Shown: positions 1 through 13,900, counted from the stretch's first letter. The stretch: DNA of 64,000 bases from Callorhinchus milii (GCF_018977255.1 NW_024704746.1:18600001-18664000); one strand, 5' to 3'. A program made the numbers and translations. Notes: generated from the sequence alone by a model not told the origin.

Positions 1-1809
1 GAGAGGTTAAAATAAACGACCCTTGCTGGAAAGTGTGCATGTGGATATCAATGAGAATAGGGTTGGGCTCAACTGTAATGCCCTTTTTGTTTGCAGAGCT
101 TGCTGACACTCCTCGTCTAATGTCATAAGGAATAGCTACATGACGAGAAACTAAAATTTTGCCGGGTGTGAAACAACAATAACAACTTGCATTTACATAG
201 CACCCTTCACACGGGGTAGTATCCCGGAACCCTTGTACTCCAGCAAGAGTCACCGCATACAAGAGGTGGGTAGGGGAGAAAATCTAGGGGGGGATCAAAG
301 AAAATATAAACTTAAATAAACACATCTTAGGTTAGATACATCAGTTACATTATATAATCTGAAGGTCGAAACCTTTTCTTAAAGTGATCTGAAATAAGCC
401 ATTTTAGTTCCGAGCATGTGATTCCTCACATCTCTGTGGGGGAAGCTCAGAGCTCTAACTGTGAAGCCTGGATATAAAGGGGATGTTCAAAATTTACACA
501 AGGCCCACAATTGAACAGCCAATGGTCTGAGAAACTGTGATACCTTTTAATCCAAGTAACAGAAGTAAATAATCTGCCAATTGATACAGTGATCAAAACA
601 TCTACTTCAGAGGTAATTGCTGTTAAGTGTCGCGACTGTGAATTTTAAGTGTTTTAACTGAGATGTTCCATTTAAAAATAAAAACAATTACCACCATTAA
701 TCATGCAATGGTTGAATGTTTACCATCTCTGTCTTCCAGATTCCAGTTTCAGGAAATGATTTTTGCTTAAAAAAAAGTAGCTTATTGCAGACTGCGGAGA
801 TTAGATACTGTCCCTTAAACCCCTCCACTGGTGCAAATGTTTAGTTTATTCTGCCATTTTCATGGTGGTTCACTATGAAAGTTGAGTAGATTTGCTGTGA
901 AGAGCAGTTTAAATCCTGTCCAAGGTACATGATTTGCTTTGTCAACTGCTGAGAACATCTAGGGGAGTCGATTTGCCAGGACATCAATTCACTCAAATTC
1001 ACTTTTCACTAAAAATGGTCCAATCAAAACAAATCTTTTTTAATGCTATTAATAATTTATTACTAATTGATCAGACAACCAGTTCTTTAAAAATCAACAC
1101 CAGTTTTAGTGGAGTTCTGAACATTCTTACAAAGTGATGCAGAGCATTAAATATAACTTCCCAATGATGTTGAATAATATTTCAACATACAAGCATCAAC
1201 TGCAATAGGATTTTTCTTAGAATGAAGGCTACAAACAAAGCAACTCCAAATGAGTAAATCCTCTCTNAAAAAAATAAGCATGTGAAATTTATGTCCTCTT
1301 TTGAACAATTCAGGCATGTGCAGCAATAGGCCTAATCTGCATCTTAAGCAAGTGTTCCAATAGTAATAACCTCTCTTAGTGTATATCAATTTAAGCGTTA
1401 GCAAAAGAAGGGTCATGAGAAGCAGTTGAGACTCACCTTCCAATAATGTAAAAGCAGCAACAAGTAATTATAATGAATAAACCAGAAGAAATAACCGAAT
1501 GGAACAACCCTTGTAAATTCAGCAATGTACAGCAAGTGTGTGTTGAAACCAGAGCCTCCAGTCACAAACTCGGTACATCAAAATTCAACAAAGATAAAAA
1601 TGAGGGGTTTAAAAAAAGGAGGAAAGGGAAATAAGATAAGGAATGTTACTTTTACAAAGATGTACATTGATGATCTTACAGCAGACCGTTGCAATCAAAG
1701 ATTTATATCAAAGACAGCTGCACTTTTCAGCAAGCCAAGTCTGTACAAAAAAATGTTTGGGTGAAAATAGAAATAATTTAACAGAAAGCAAATTCAGATT
1801 TTATCTTAC

Positions 1810-1905
1810 CTCATGCTTCAACTCTTCTATCTGATCCTTTAGTTCTCGGATGTATTGGGTGGAGTCGGAATTACTGAGATGACCTTTAATTTTACCCTCT
1901 TCTTT
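1810..1905 (-). CDS. EVI5: EVI5 exon 19 (96 nt): KEEGKIKGHLSNSDSTQYIRELKDQIEELKHE
   Basis: cag/gtaaga boundaries; no stop, so the gene continues left of the window. Confidence 0.93.
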
Positions 1906-4900
1906 CTGTTATAAGGTAACAAAAACACATACTGTAGCACTTCTTTAAATCTCTGTTAAATCAGAATAACTTGACACAAGTGGCATGATTTTGTTTCTCA
2001 CCAACTTTTTCCCTTCCTCTCCTGAATGCCTTTTTAACTTCTCCTTCTACTGGGACATGGTTCCACAGACAACAGCTGCTTCTGGTACCATGCTAAAGCT
2101 GACCGTTATTTACATGCAAGCCATGCCAGTTAGCTTCAGGAGACTTCTTGCTAAAGTGACAAGTAATGGGAAGGGAGGGTGGGAGGGATGAAAAAAACAT
2201 GAGCGTATCATGTTCTATCCCAGCATCCATGTGTATCATCCTCCCTACATGAAAGGCGCTATACAAATGTAATCTTGTTGCTGTTGTATATCACACACAC
2301 ACTCACTCTCAACTCCAGCAACACTCATTGACTTGGAATCAAGAGCAGAAACCTTAGTTCTTTTCTAAATCTAGGTGGCTGCAATCTCCTATTTTCATAC
2401 CGTCTGAGATCAGCTAATTCAGGGCAGACTTCAAATTAGCTGCACCTTTCTGAAAGCTAAGTCTGTACAAAAAAGAAACTTTGCAGAGCGGGAAAATCTA
2501 GTACGACATATAACTATTTTTGTAATGTCTGTCACAAGCAAAACCAACTTTATATTTAGAGACTGAAATTTTACTATTTCCAAACACACAAAATGAATAA
2601 AAAACCATTGGATACTATAGTAAAACCTTACATAAGTCGTATCAGTTGGGACCATATATTCAATATGCCTTATGCCAAATGTGAGATATGTTAAACTTGC
2701 ATAAGTCGTATCACATTCGACATAATTCAGAAAATATTTTGCATTACGTTTAGATATGACATGTGGGATTCTAATCCAGGCAATTGATTAATTAGCATTA
2801 ATAATCCCAAGAATTTTTAAAATTATTTGAAATGGCCAACCTCAGAATAATTAGAAACTATTATTTAACTGCCTCTGACTAAGATGGTCAAACTTGCTCC
2901 AATGTGATGGATGGGATATGTTAATGACAACAAAAGTCATAAGTACTACTAAGAATCAGTATTTTGTTGAGGTTTTGCCTCAGCTAACAGAAATCAGATA
3001 TCAGACTTCCTAGTTAGGAACAAATGGCTCCCACAGGTGGCAGTTAAACTGTAGAAAGATGTCAAAAATTTAGAAGTAATGACTTCCCTGTTTCTATGCA
3101 TTTCAGTCCTCTCTGGATAGGATTTTAACTTTTCCTTATACCTCGACTAAAGTAGGATTCTGCACATTGAATTCAGATATGCATTCAGTAATGATTATTA
3201 TTCATTTCACTCATTAAGCATTAATTAATGCTGCGTTGTCCATGACAGTCCCAAAAGTACAAGTAAATAGTGTCCGGCTCACCCAATGGAACAGAATACA
3301 CTACACGCTAACTTTATAATTATGAAAGTCTGGAAGTGCAAGATGTTGTTGATCAGCAATGTCACTACAAAAATAGTTTGGACAAATTCTAACCAAGATT
3401 CATCATCAATTTCATTTCTCTTCTCCTAATCAATATTATTCAGATAGGGACAATTAAAGAGTATGGCGTTGAATATATTTTTCAAGTTAAGCTTCTATAG
3501 CTTGATCTCCAATTTACCACCTCAGTAGTCTCCATGGTTTGCACCTCTTTACATTACTGTCGAGAGGACTCCATTTATGTGGCTCTTTTGACCAACAAGT
3601 AATGAAGTGCAACTCTCAAGGATTGTTTTTGACATCTTGCCCCTCCCTTATTGCACCTTATTACCAGAAGAGATCTGCATATCGCCATCTGGGGGAAGTT
3701 AAAGTTGACAGCTGCCAAATGAAGCATTCAAACTTCCATATTCTTCTGTACAATCTTTAACACAATCTTTAACCAGTCAAAACACAAAGTGGAAGCCAAT
3801 AACATGACAGGAAGGGAGGGAAATTCAATGGCATCATCATGTTTGGCTGCTTTTAGGCAATCCCAGGTGTCAGTCACAATGAGATGAAAATTCTGAAAAC
3901 GATTACTACCTGGGGATGGTAGTGATTGGTAAGAGACAAACCAAGAAAAGGAATAGGATTTTAAAATATCATTTAACAAAACTCAGAACAAAATACCCCA
4001 ACTCTTTCTACTCATACCTACAAAGATCAAGGATCACTGGAAAATGGTGAGAAAACAGATTCATACATCTCCCTTTTCCGCATTTTCCAATTTCACTTGA
4101 AACTGGGAAGCAATGAAGAAACCATTTGTGTATTAATTCAAGCTGTATGCCAAGTATCTCAGGCATTTATGAGCTATGCATCCTGTTGGTTTATTTTCTA
4201 TAATCCACTCCAATCCTGTAATTAGATCTTGTAACTGAGTGTTCCGTAAAAGTAAATTGTTTTCAGAATAGAAAACAAGAAACATTAAACAGTATGTAAA
4301 CAGTCATAAAATCACTTTTTTTTAAACAGTCACGGGAACATAGGATGTGGTTTCCTCCTCATGTAGTGTACATAGAGTACATGTGGTCTAAGATCAGGTC
4401 AAGCCAAAGTCTGAAATCCGTTTGATATACATTTTTAACTTCTTCATTAAAGAATCGAGTGTACATATTTCACTAGTATAGGCATTTCTGATGCTGGAAC
4501 ACGATTACACTCCATTTTATCTACACAGAGATGCAAAGCAGAATTGCCAAAGATATAAAATATTTCACAAAAATTTACTTTTGAATGAGAGGCAACATTC
4601 ATAGGCCAATGAAATGTGAGGATCACTTTTCCTCCGTCTATTCTCATCCTTCTGACCACTGAATTTTTTTAAAAAAGAGGATCAACCAAATGACCAATAC
4701 ACTGTCCTGAGCAGGGAAACAGTCTATAGGTTCAAATAAAATCGGTAAAAGGTAAAATCTAATATTCCAGCCAACAGTCTTTTTGCACATTTAAACTACA
4801 GAGTGCTCTGGAATGCTACCCTGCATGAGGGAAGCTATACAATTGCAAGTTGTTGTTGTACAAAGAGGCGAGGTGCTATTTTTTTTAAACTGTAAAATGA

Positions 4901-7900
4901 TGTACAAATTATTTACAGTATCTCAGGCACAGAGTTACACATCATAGCCCGCAAGATTATTTTTTTGAAAAAATTTAAGATCGTGCAGAATTGTGAAAAA
5001 AATTTATGTTCAGTTTTAATGGTCGTTTTGAGATCTGCTTCCAAATGAATAATAATAATAATAATCCTTGCATTTAATATAGTGCCTTATCACATCTTAG
5101 AGACATCTCAAAGCACTTCACAGAATATAAATTAACACTAAATTGTGAATTTTTCACAATTCTATGTAATCTTAAATCTTAAGACAAAATGGTCTTACTG
5201 GCTATGAAGAGGTGATGTTTTGAGCATTATGTTTTAAAGACAGCAAATTATTGTCAAGCAATTTCTTAAATGGGCCATACAGTTTACATTTATATAGAGC
5301 CCTTCACATCAAAGCACATCACACTGCTGGGGCACACAGGATTTCCTGCAAACAACCAATTTTCAAAATAGAAATAAAAAAACAAAAATGGATTAAATTT
5401 AGTATCTTTGACATTAAGAAAATTACCCTGTAGTGTATAAAGTAGAATAATGGTCTTACTTTTTGTTACACCAGGTATGAAACTTGATTATTGCAGGCAT
5501 TAGCTGAATATTAATGACTACCAAGACAGTGTATTTCAGAGTATCAACATCGTTATGGTCTAACTGTAGAATTACAATAATGTTAAATATAAATCACAGC
5601 TTTCACTTGTTGCTAGCATCAGCAAAGGAACTGCCCACTGACTTTCTCTCTGGATGAATCAGCTATTCTGGGAAATGAGAATGCTTCAAGAGTTCAAGAC
5701 TGATTTTGTTCATCAAGACCAATCACAATACTTCCCATAGCTTGTAAGACCACACTACAAATGAGAATTGATAGCCTAGCTAAAAACAATACATTAAGAA
5801 CTCCCAAATTCACTCATGTAATCAAATGCTTGGTAGCACATTTACATCTGAAGGAATAATAAAATAGCTCCAATGGTTAGCAAAGTAATTGTAACAATCA
5901 AAATTAAACATGATCCAAAAGCCATGCAAATTAATGAGTGGATGGTGAGTGATTATTTGGATTAATAAAATGTTCACTAATCTTAGACTAATTATCTGTT
6001 TCTCTTACCTTGTTCCCAAAAGATCAAACTGTTTGCTCACACACTTTTGAAAGTGAACACTAACAACGTTTTAGAAGGGTGGGCCAGGATTTAAATCAAT
6101 AACATTATCACTCATGTCCGTCTAATCCGGAGTGTTAAAAGTAATCTTTGTAAAGCTGCTTACATTCCAAGCTGTAAATCAATCATTGAAGTCAGTCATC
6201 TTAGAACAGATCTTTCCGAGGTGGACTTTTTCACTTTAACTAAGAATTATACCATTTGTTAATAGTTTCACAATCATCACAACAACAAGATTCCATTTAT
6301 AGAGCACCTTTCAAGTTGGGAGGACGTCCCAAGGCGCTGGACAGTTGGGTCAGGACCCGAACAGGGGGGAAATGGTCAGGGTGAGGGGAGGGAAGGGAGG
6401 GAGCAAGGAGGGGGTAGAGAGGTGAGAGGGGAGCTGAAGGCACGGTCAAATAGAAAGGTCTTGAGACCGGCCTTGAAGGAGGAAAGGGAGGAAGCAAGGA
6501 GATGGCACTGGGGGTGGAGTTCCAGAGCCTCGGGGCTGAGAGGCCGAAGGCCCGGCCACCGATAGTAGGGCGGTTGGGATGGGGGATGTGGAGCAGACCG
6601 GAGCCAGAGGAACGGAGGGTACGGGCAGGTAGGTAGGGAGATAGTAGGTCGGAGAGGTAGTTAGTTAGTTTTCTTGTAGGATCACACACCCATACAAACT
6701 AGCACATCATTCTTATGTGTTTCTCAGGGAAAAATAACTTTTTTAAAAAAACAAGTAATATAGGCATTCCATCTTGTATTTCATCAAGTTTGAAATCAGC
6801 AAAATGACTACTTTGTAAAATTCCACGCACCCTGAGGATAAATTTAGTTTACAATTAACCAAGGAACATAAATCCTAAGTAACTTAAAGGCCCAAAGAAT
6901 ACAGAATCAAACGTTTAGTTTGATAAAAAAATTGTTTTTGCAACAACTTTACAACCATAGAACTCAGTACAGTACAAGAGAACTGATTCAATTATGATCA
7001 TATTAATCTAACTCCATTCAGAAACAATCTGATATACTTCAAAAAAATGCAACACATTTAGTGTGTTGCTAAAGGGAACTAATATAGAGATGTGCAAAGC
7101 ACAAGTATGAGTCATTCTAAATGAGATGTTTAACTTGAGAATTACTCAGAATGAACCACACCGGGGTGTAGAGCATGATCTGATTCTATCACTTTTTCTG
7201 CTCAACGAATATAGCCGTTGACATAAAAAGACGGACAATGCACAGTGAGTCTTAAATTTGAAAGATCGTTGTACAATGTTTGAAAGTGAAATAAATATTC
7301 CTGTAATTCAGTTCCTTGGATAAACAAGCTGTGTTAAAATATATTTAGATTATTTTCTCTTTATGCAACACCAACTCTCTGTCCTTCGGAATAATTAGAT
7401 CATCAGTCCTCTTCAGCTCATTTCAAACAAATAATTAAGAAAGAAACGTATGACAATCTCCATGACACAAGTTTCAATTCCAAAAGGGAAAGAAAGGCAA
7501 GGGAGGGTGTACTTTCTATCCATTGTACTACAATCTCAAAAATATAGCTGTATATATATATTTATTACTACACTGAACTGTCCTCAGTTTGAGGATTGTA
7601 AATATATGCATTTCAACTCTTTTCAAAACCACTCTTGATATTAGCTATCGCAAAAGTTTGAATTCATCCAGTGAAGTACCAATTCTACTATCTGTGATTT
7701 GGACTGATCAGGAGCTGATACATCACGTACCTGGAAAAACAAAGTACCTGTCTGTCTTAAACATTGGCTTCTGTTCTACAATACTCTACAATTATGGTCT
7801 ACAATACTCTTCAAAATCTTAATTTTGCAGGGGAGAGAGAGTAATGCATGCACAGTTGGCATCAGTACAGGTAACTAATTATGGGATTTTACAATGTTTA

Positions 7901-10900
7901 TTGGATAAACACCGATTTCATTCTCTTTGTATTGGAGGTGTTTTATCAGGAGTTTTTGGTTAAATCAAAAATCAGAAGCCTTAATTACATTGCAAATTGC
8001 ATCAGCTTTTTAAAAAACTGCATTCCTGTGTTTGACTCATTTATACAGTTCCTTCAGACTCATTCTGCGGCTGAAATGTCAAGATTCAGATTTAGTTTTC
8101 TCACTATGAGTTATGTGTGGGATCACATGAAATCATCACCCTGCTTGTCCTCTTAATGAACCTTTTTTCTCCTGAAAGATAATTATCAGTCTCTCACATT
8201 TGTCACTCATTTTCCTTTTGCAAATAGTAAAAGGAGTTTTTTTTGCCCTTACACTTTTGACTAGACATTATTTTCTCAAAAAGGTCTGGCAAATCATATC
8301 AATAAAATGACTTTTACCACGTCACATTCATTGATCCTGCATGAAAGGTACAAATTAATGAATTCACCTCACAGATTTTCAATTTTTCACTTTTTCCTCA
8401 TTAAGAGGAATGGAAGTTGGTCTTTTGCAAAAACAAACTGTACCTAAACTGTAATGAAAAAATATAATTTTCATGCAAATTGTCAAGAATTTCATTTAAA
8501 ATAATGTAGCTATTCAATAAATGATCAATGGCAAATAAATATATCTCACCTGGTGCAATTTCTACTTAACTTGTTCATCACAAGATTTAAAAGAAAAATG
8601 TTCTCAAAAGGTTTACCTACTACTTCATCTATTTACCGTGAACTGAAACTTGTGAGTAAAATGATTACAACCATTTAATATGTGTGATGCAATTTTCCAT
8701 GTAAGCAATGACTTTTTAAGATTTAGTTGTAATACGAGTACATAATAATTCTTCTCACCAGCCAATTCTTTCTCTTAATTTAAATAGTTCCAAGTTCAGT
8801 GGTATATTTTTGCAGTTACAAAGTATAAAAACGAATATGTAGTAATCAAAACTACTTTTTGAAGGTGACCTACAAATGACCTCAATAAGCACAGTCAACA
8901 CTGATTTAAATCTATCATTTCTGTAGTTGAACTAATTTGAAAACTTCTGTGGGTGTACTGGCAACATAGCACGTACTGATGTTCAGACTAGATTTCTAAC
9001 GTCTTTTACTTACACCTAGGAACAAATTCACACATTTGTGCACGATTAGGTTAAAAATGGTTATTGTGGTGCAATTTCAAGATTTTTGAAGTTGGTCACT
9101 TGCCAATAGGGTTACATGGAAAAACAATATGGGTGTGTGCTGACACCGTTTCCTGTGCACTTCCTCTTACCTTTGAACATTTGGCTATACTAATGCTCTC
9201 CTGTAGTTCTGTGAGTACAATCAAGGATGTGTGTACTCTTATTTAAAAAAAACAGCATTCATCACCTGTATTTCATCAAGTCTTATTTTTCCATTATGTC
9301 ACCTATACCTCTCCCAAATATCAGCACAATCTTCAGCTTCATTTGCTAAATTTGGGATTATGTATACAATGCTCTTTTTTGTTACAGTCCTTGATTTTAA
9401 AGCCTGAGTGAGACTTCAGGACAGGCCATAGCTTAGTCAATGTCCCTATAACTTAAGAAACATAAATTATTAAATTAACAATATATTTTACCAAAGACAT
9501 GCTCTGGGGTTCCTTAAAAAAAGGGACTTAAATGTGTCCCACATGTTATTTTATGCTTACATCAGATATACATTTATCATTCCTCCTATTCTACTGAAAT
9601 TCACCATCACCAACAAAAAACGGTTTATCGAAACTGGGCTTAACATCGCAGGTTAGCACGAAAGATTAGTTTCCTTTTCCATACAGTTCACTTTTAGATG
9701 AAAGAGATGCAAAAATTCAGAAAAGCATCGTTATTCAAAATTCATGAGACATTTTCCATTTTTAGACGTTATATTATTTATAATGGATTTGCAAGTTTTA
9801 ACGAAATGTTATTGCAATTATCTCTTTAAATCAAGTTCCTTATGTTTTGCACAGAACAGCACCCTGAACTGTTAATTATCTATTCTTGAATCAATGAATC
9901 TCACTGCAAACTGTTGATTTGATAATTTGCTGTAAAGATTACCAGCAGTTAAATGTGAAATAGTGGTAACTGTGGAATAGCTAGAGACATCATTTAATCT
10001 AAATGATGTCTCTAGCTATTCCACAGTTAATCTAAAATTTGCAATGATGCAGGTTGTTACTTTAAGTACCTGGATTTCTAGTTCAGCAACGTGTTGCTGG
10101 AGCTCAGCCACAGCTGCAATACTATCTGCTTCTCGAAGTCTTACAGCCATCACATCTTCTTTATTCTGAAATAAAACAATATACAAATCGCAAAGTAAAT
10201 AAAGCCCTTAAAAATGTTGAATTAATGAGACCGGTGTTTTATGTGATTTCACAACTAATAAATGTAGCTTGTGGTTGCTGTATATTTTTAAAAATTAAGG
10301 ATTGTGTCTCTTAACTCAAGAACACTTGGACCAAACCTCAGCATTTTGGTTAACCCTCAGTGCTGCTGTAAGACTTTGATGCAGGCCTGACTAAGTCTGA
10401 TTTCCTTCAACTCTGCAATATTGGCTTGTTCTATCCCTACCTCACCTCTAATACAGACAAAGCTCTCATCCAAGCCTGTGTCTTTTCTACTGCTCTCCTC
10501 AACATCCTTCCTAGTTCAACCCTGTACCAGCTCTCAATTATTCAGAATTCCCTTTCCTGCACCAGGCGCTTAGAAGCCAACATCACTATCATTCGCTCGG
10601 CTCCCATTTCTCAACGGATCAACTGTAACATCTTCATTCTTACTTTTAAATGCTCCATACCCTTACCCTCCCCCACCACTGATCTCCCCACCCACTCCCT
10701 CTTTTAACTCAGGCCTAATGACTGAGAGTAGTTAACAATGATGGGGTTAGGCACCAAGCAAAGGAGAGGGGAAAATGGGGCATAGGCACGACCATAGGCG
10801 CAGTGAAAGAGGTAGGTTTTAAGGCGTGATTTAAAGATAAAGAGAAAGGGAGGATGGATGGAGGGAGTTCCAGAGGTTAGTTATGTAGTAAATGAATGCC

Positions 10901-13900
10901 TATAATTTGTAAACAGTGTTAACCAAACTACCCAGCAGCTTTTGAGACCTTGGTTTTATAACATCTTTTGAATTCTAGCAGAAATGGCACTTATTTAATA
11001 TATTTGCACATTATATATTGACATAACAGTTCACCTAAGAAGTCGCTACCAGCTGCAACTGAAGGTTCATCTCTTGCACAGGACATTTTGTTGTGGGTGC
11101 AGATGTTGGTTTTAAATTCATTCAATGTACCAGAATTGTAACTGAATGTACCGGAATACACTGATGTTGCTGCAAACTGAAAAACCTCACGAGGGTTGAC
11201 CAAGATGTGTACAGCTGTGACCGACATGGAGCAGTGTAGCCTCCTCAAAGCAGTTCGTTTACAATTTGCAAATGGCTGTTCAAATTAGTAACCACTCTTC
11301 ATTCATGTCACGACTGTGCAGCTAATGTACTTCTTGAGAATAAAATTGCAATGACTCCTGCTGAATTCTTAATTCAATCTCTTTTTGCGGGGGGTGGGTG
11401 GTGGGGGTAATTAAAGAGGAATGACCAACCACTCACAAAAAAATGTCTACAACAATACTCATCTACATCTACTTCCTTGCAGACAAAGAAACGAACGCTT
11501 GTTTTTGTACTCAATACAGGAAATGTAGAGGTTGATAACAAGGATTTTTTAAACCTTTGACATAAATACCTCACTTGGGCTACATAAAAAATAAAAGATG
11601 ACGCAAAGTACTGTAATGTGTTGTAACAGACGGAAGAAATATCTATTGTACATGCAATTAATTTAGCGGGTGATATTATAAATGTGCTCAAAATGGTTTT
11701 TCAATCTTGAAATATGCAATTTTCACCCCCAAATCAATGGTTAAAAAACATTGTCAAACTTTCTGTTGCTTGTTCAGCTAGGACCATCCTAGTCTGTCAG
11801 TAAAGGGTGCTTTGCTTTACTTAGACCGGGGGTGGTCAAACTAGTGACCGACAGGCCAATTTCATCTGCTCCCCCCACCGCCTCCATTTCATTTGGATAT
11901 ATATATATCTATAAACATTTTAGATGAGTATAAGCACTAAATATACAATTCAGCTTTCATTTAATTTCATTTATTTCAGCATTCTTTCATTCTCAACATA
12001 CTTCAGTTCATATAAATATGGTAAATGTTTTGTAGTTTTTAAAAAAAAACACAAATCAATTTAAGTACACAAACAGCTGCACTGGTTTTCACTTCATATA
12101 GTGACTGACTCAGAACATTTCTTGCATCCATCAAGCTCTTGAGAATGTTATGAATGAGTCTTCCTCAAATAAATTTCATAAGGGATTCATTATGATTATT
12201 TCTCAAGAACCACCTCAAAATTTCATTTCAGTTCCTACCCTAAGTTAGCCTGCACAGAAGATATATCCACAATTTGATGTTCGTATACTGTACCTTGTAT
12301 TCCAGCTCAGCAAATTTTCGTTTCGCTTCATTTAACTGAGTGACCAATCCCTTGTTTTGGGCCGTGAGATACTGCACTTTCTCGTGCAGAGCACGGGATT
12401 CTTCTTCCGCTCGACGGAGGTGGTTACTGTTGATTTGGTTCTGATATTTTGATAAATTAAAAAGGTAAAAGAAAAGCATCCATTCTAAAATTCAGCAGAT
12501 AGTGATTTAATTCTGGATGCTTTAATGAACATTAACAAATGTTTTTAAAAATGATCCTTTTTTTGGGGTAAGTAACCTAACACTCTCTCTGCATTTCCAT
12601 CTCAACATTCCTTCAAAGCATTCTAGCCTTCATAAACAAATTCAGTTCCTCCTCCCCGCTCCCCCTAGGTTCTCCCATATCCATCAGCATTTTTCAACTT
12701 TCTCCAAGGCATTATTTACATAAATCAGAAGAACAAATAGGGTGCTGCAATTGGGTTTCAGCATGCCTGGTTTAAGTGAGGAAACAAATCAGGGAGCATT
12801 CCCATTCTGGATTGCTATCCAGGAAACGGGAATGCTCAAATGTCCGATTCCACCTAGAGTTGAATTGCATGTCAACCAACACTCATTGTCAAGGACCACA
12901 TAGTATACTTGGAAATGGAGAAAACTGGGTGGACAAAAAAAAAGTACAGGAGTAGGTCATATATCTGACCTTTAGCCCGCCCTTAAAAATTGGAGAAAAA
13001 TAGCTTACGATTGGACATAAAATAACTTATAAAAGAAACTTCTTTGAAGTTAAAACTTTGAGGCATTCCACCTCCCACAACCAAACATAATGCTGCAAGC
13101 TGCAATGGATACCTGTGTTTCAAGCTCCATCATCCTTTGCTTAATTTCTTTCACTTTAGCCTGTGTTTCAGCTTCTCTAAAACGCACTGACATCAGTTCC
13201 TCTTGCAGCTCATTAACAGGATTCTTCCGTGGTGAGTCTTTCCACCGACTGGTAGTTCTCGCTAGATGGCGCTGCAGATAATTGGAAAAATTCTATCAAT
13301 TATATAGACTTAACAATAAACCTTGCATTTGATATAACACCTTACCATGTCTTCTAGACACCTTAAAGCGCTTCACAGAATATATTGTAAAGTGAATTGA
13401 ATGTATATTTTGTGGGTGAAACGCAGCAACCAATTGCGCACAGCAGCATCCCAAACAGCCGTGGAGTGACCAATTTTTTGTTGAGGGATTATTATCCCCG
13501 GAAAGCAATCCGCCAATCAACTAACAACTAACAACCAGGTCCCTACTTACTGCTAGGTAAACAGAGGCGTGTGGAGTAAGGAAACTTGCCCAAACTTTCT
13601 GGGAATCCAACCCAGGTCCTCTCGCTTACAAGGCGAATGCTCTAACCACTAAACTATAGGACTTTAGATGGGACATGGGAACATACAAGTACAATGCGTA
13701 ACTTATACTTTCTAATCAACAAGTTAATTATTGTTTGAAAGGGTGGTGGAAGCCAATTCGATATCAACTTTTAAGAAAGAAGTAGATAATTATTTGGGAA
13801 GGATAAGTTTGCAGGGCTATAGGGAGAGAGCGGGGGAGTGGGATTGATTTGGAAGCTCTTTTCAAAGATGGCTTCCAAATCAATCAGTCACGATGGGCCA

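Noticed and set aside
1267-1267. Ambiguous base n
   Set aside because: Assembly uncertainty next to a CT/A run; no biological meaning
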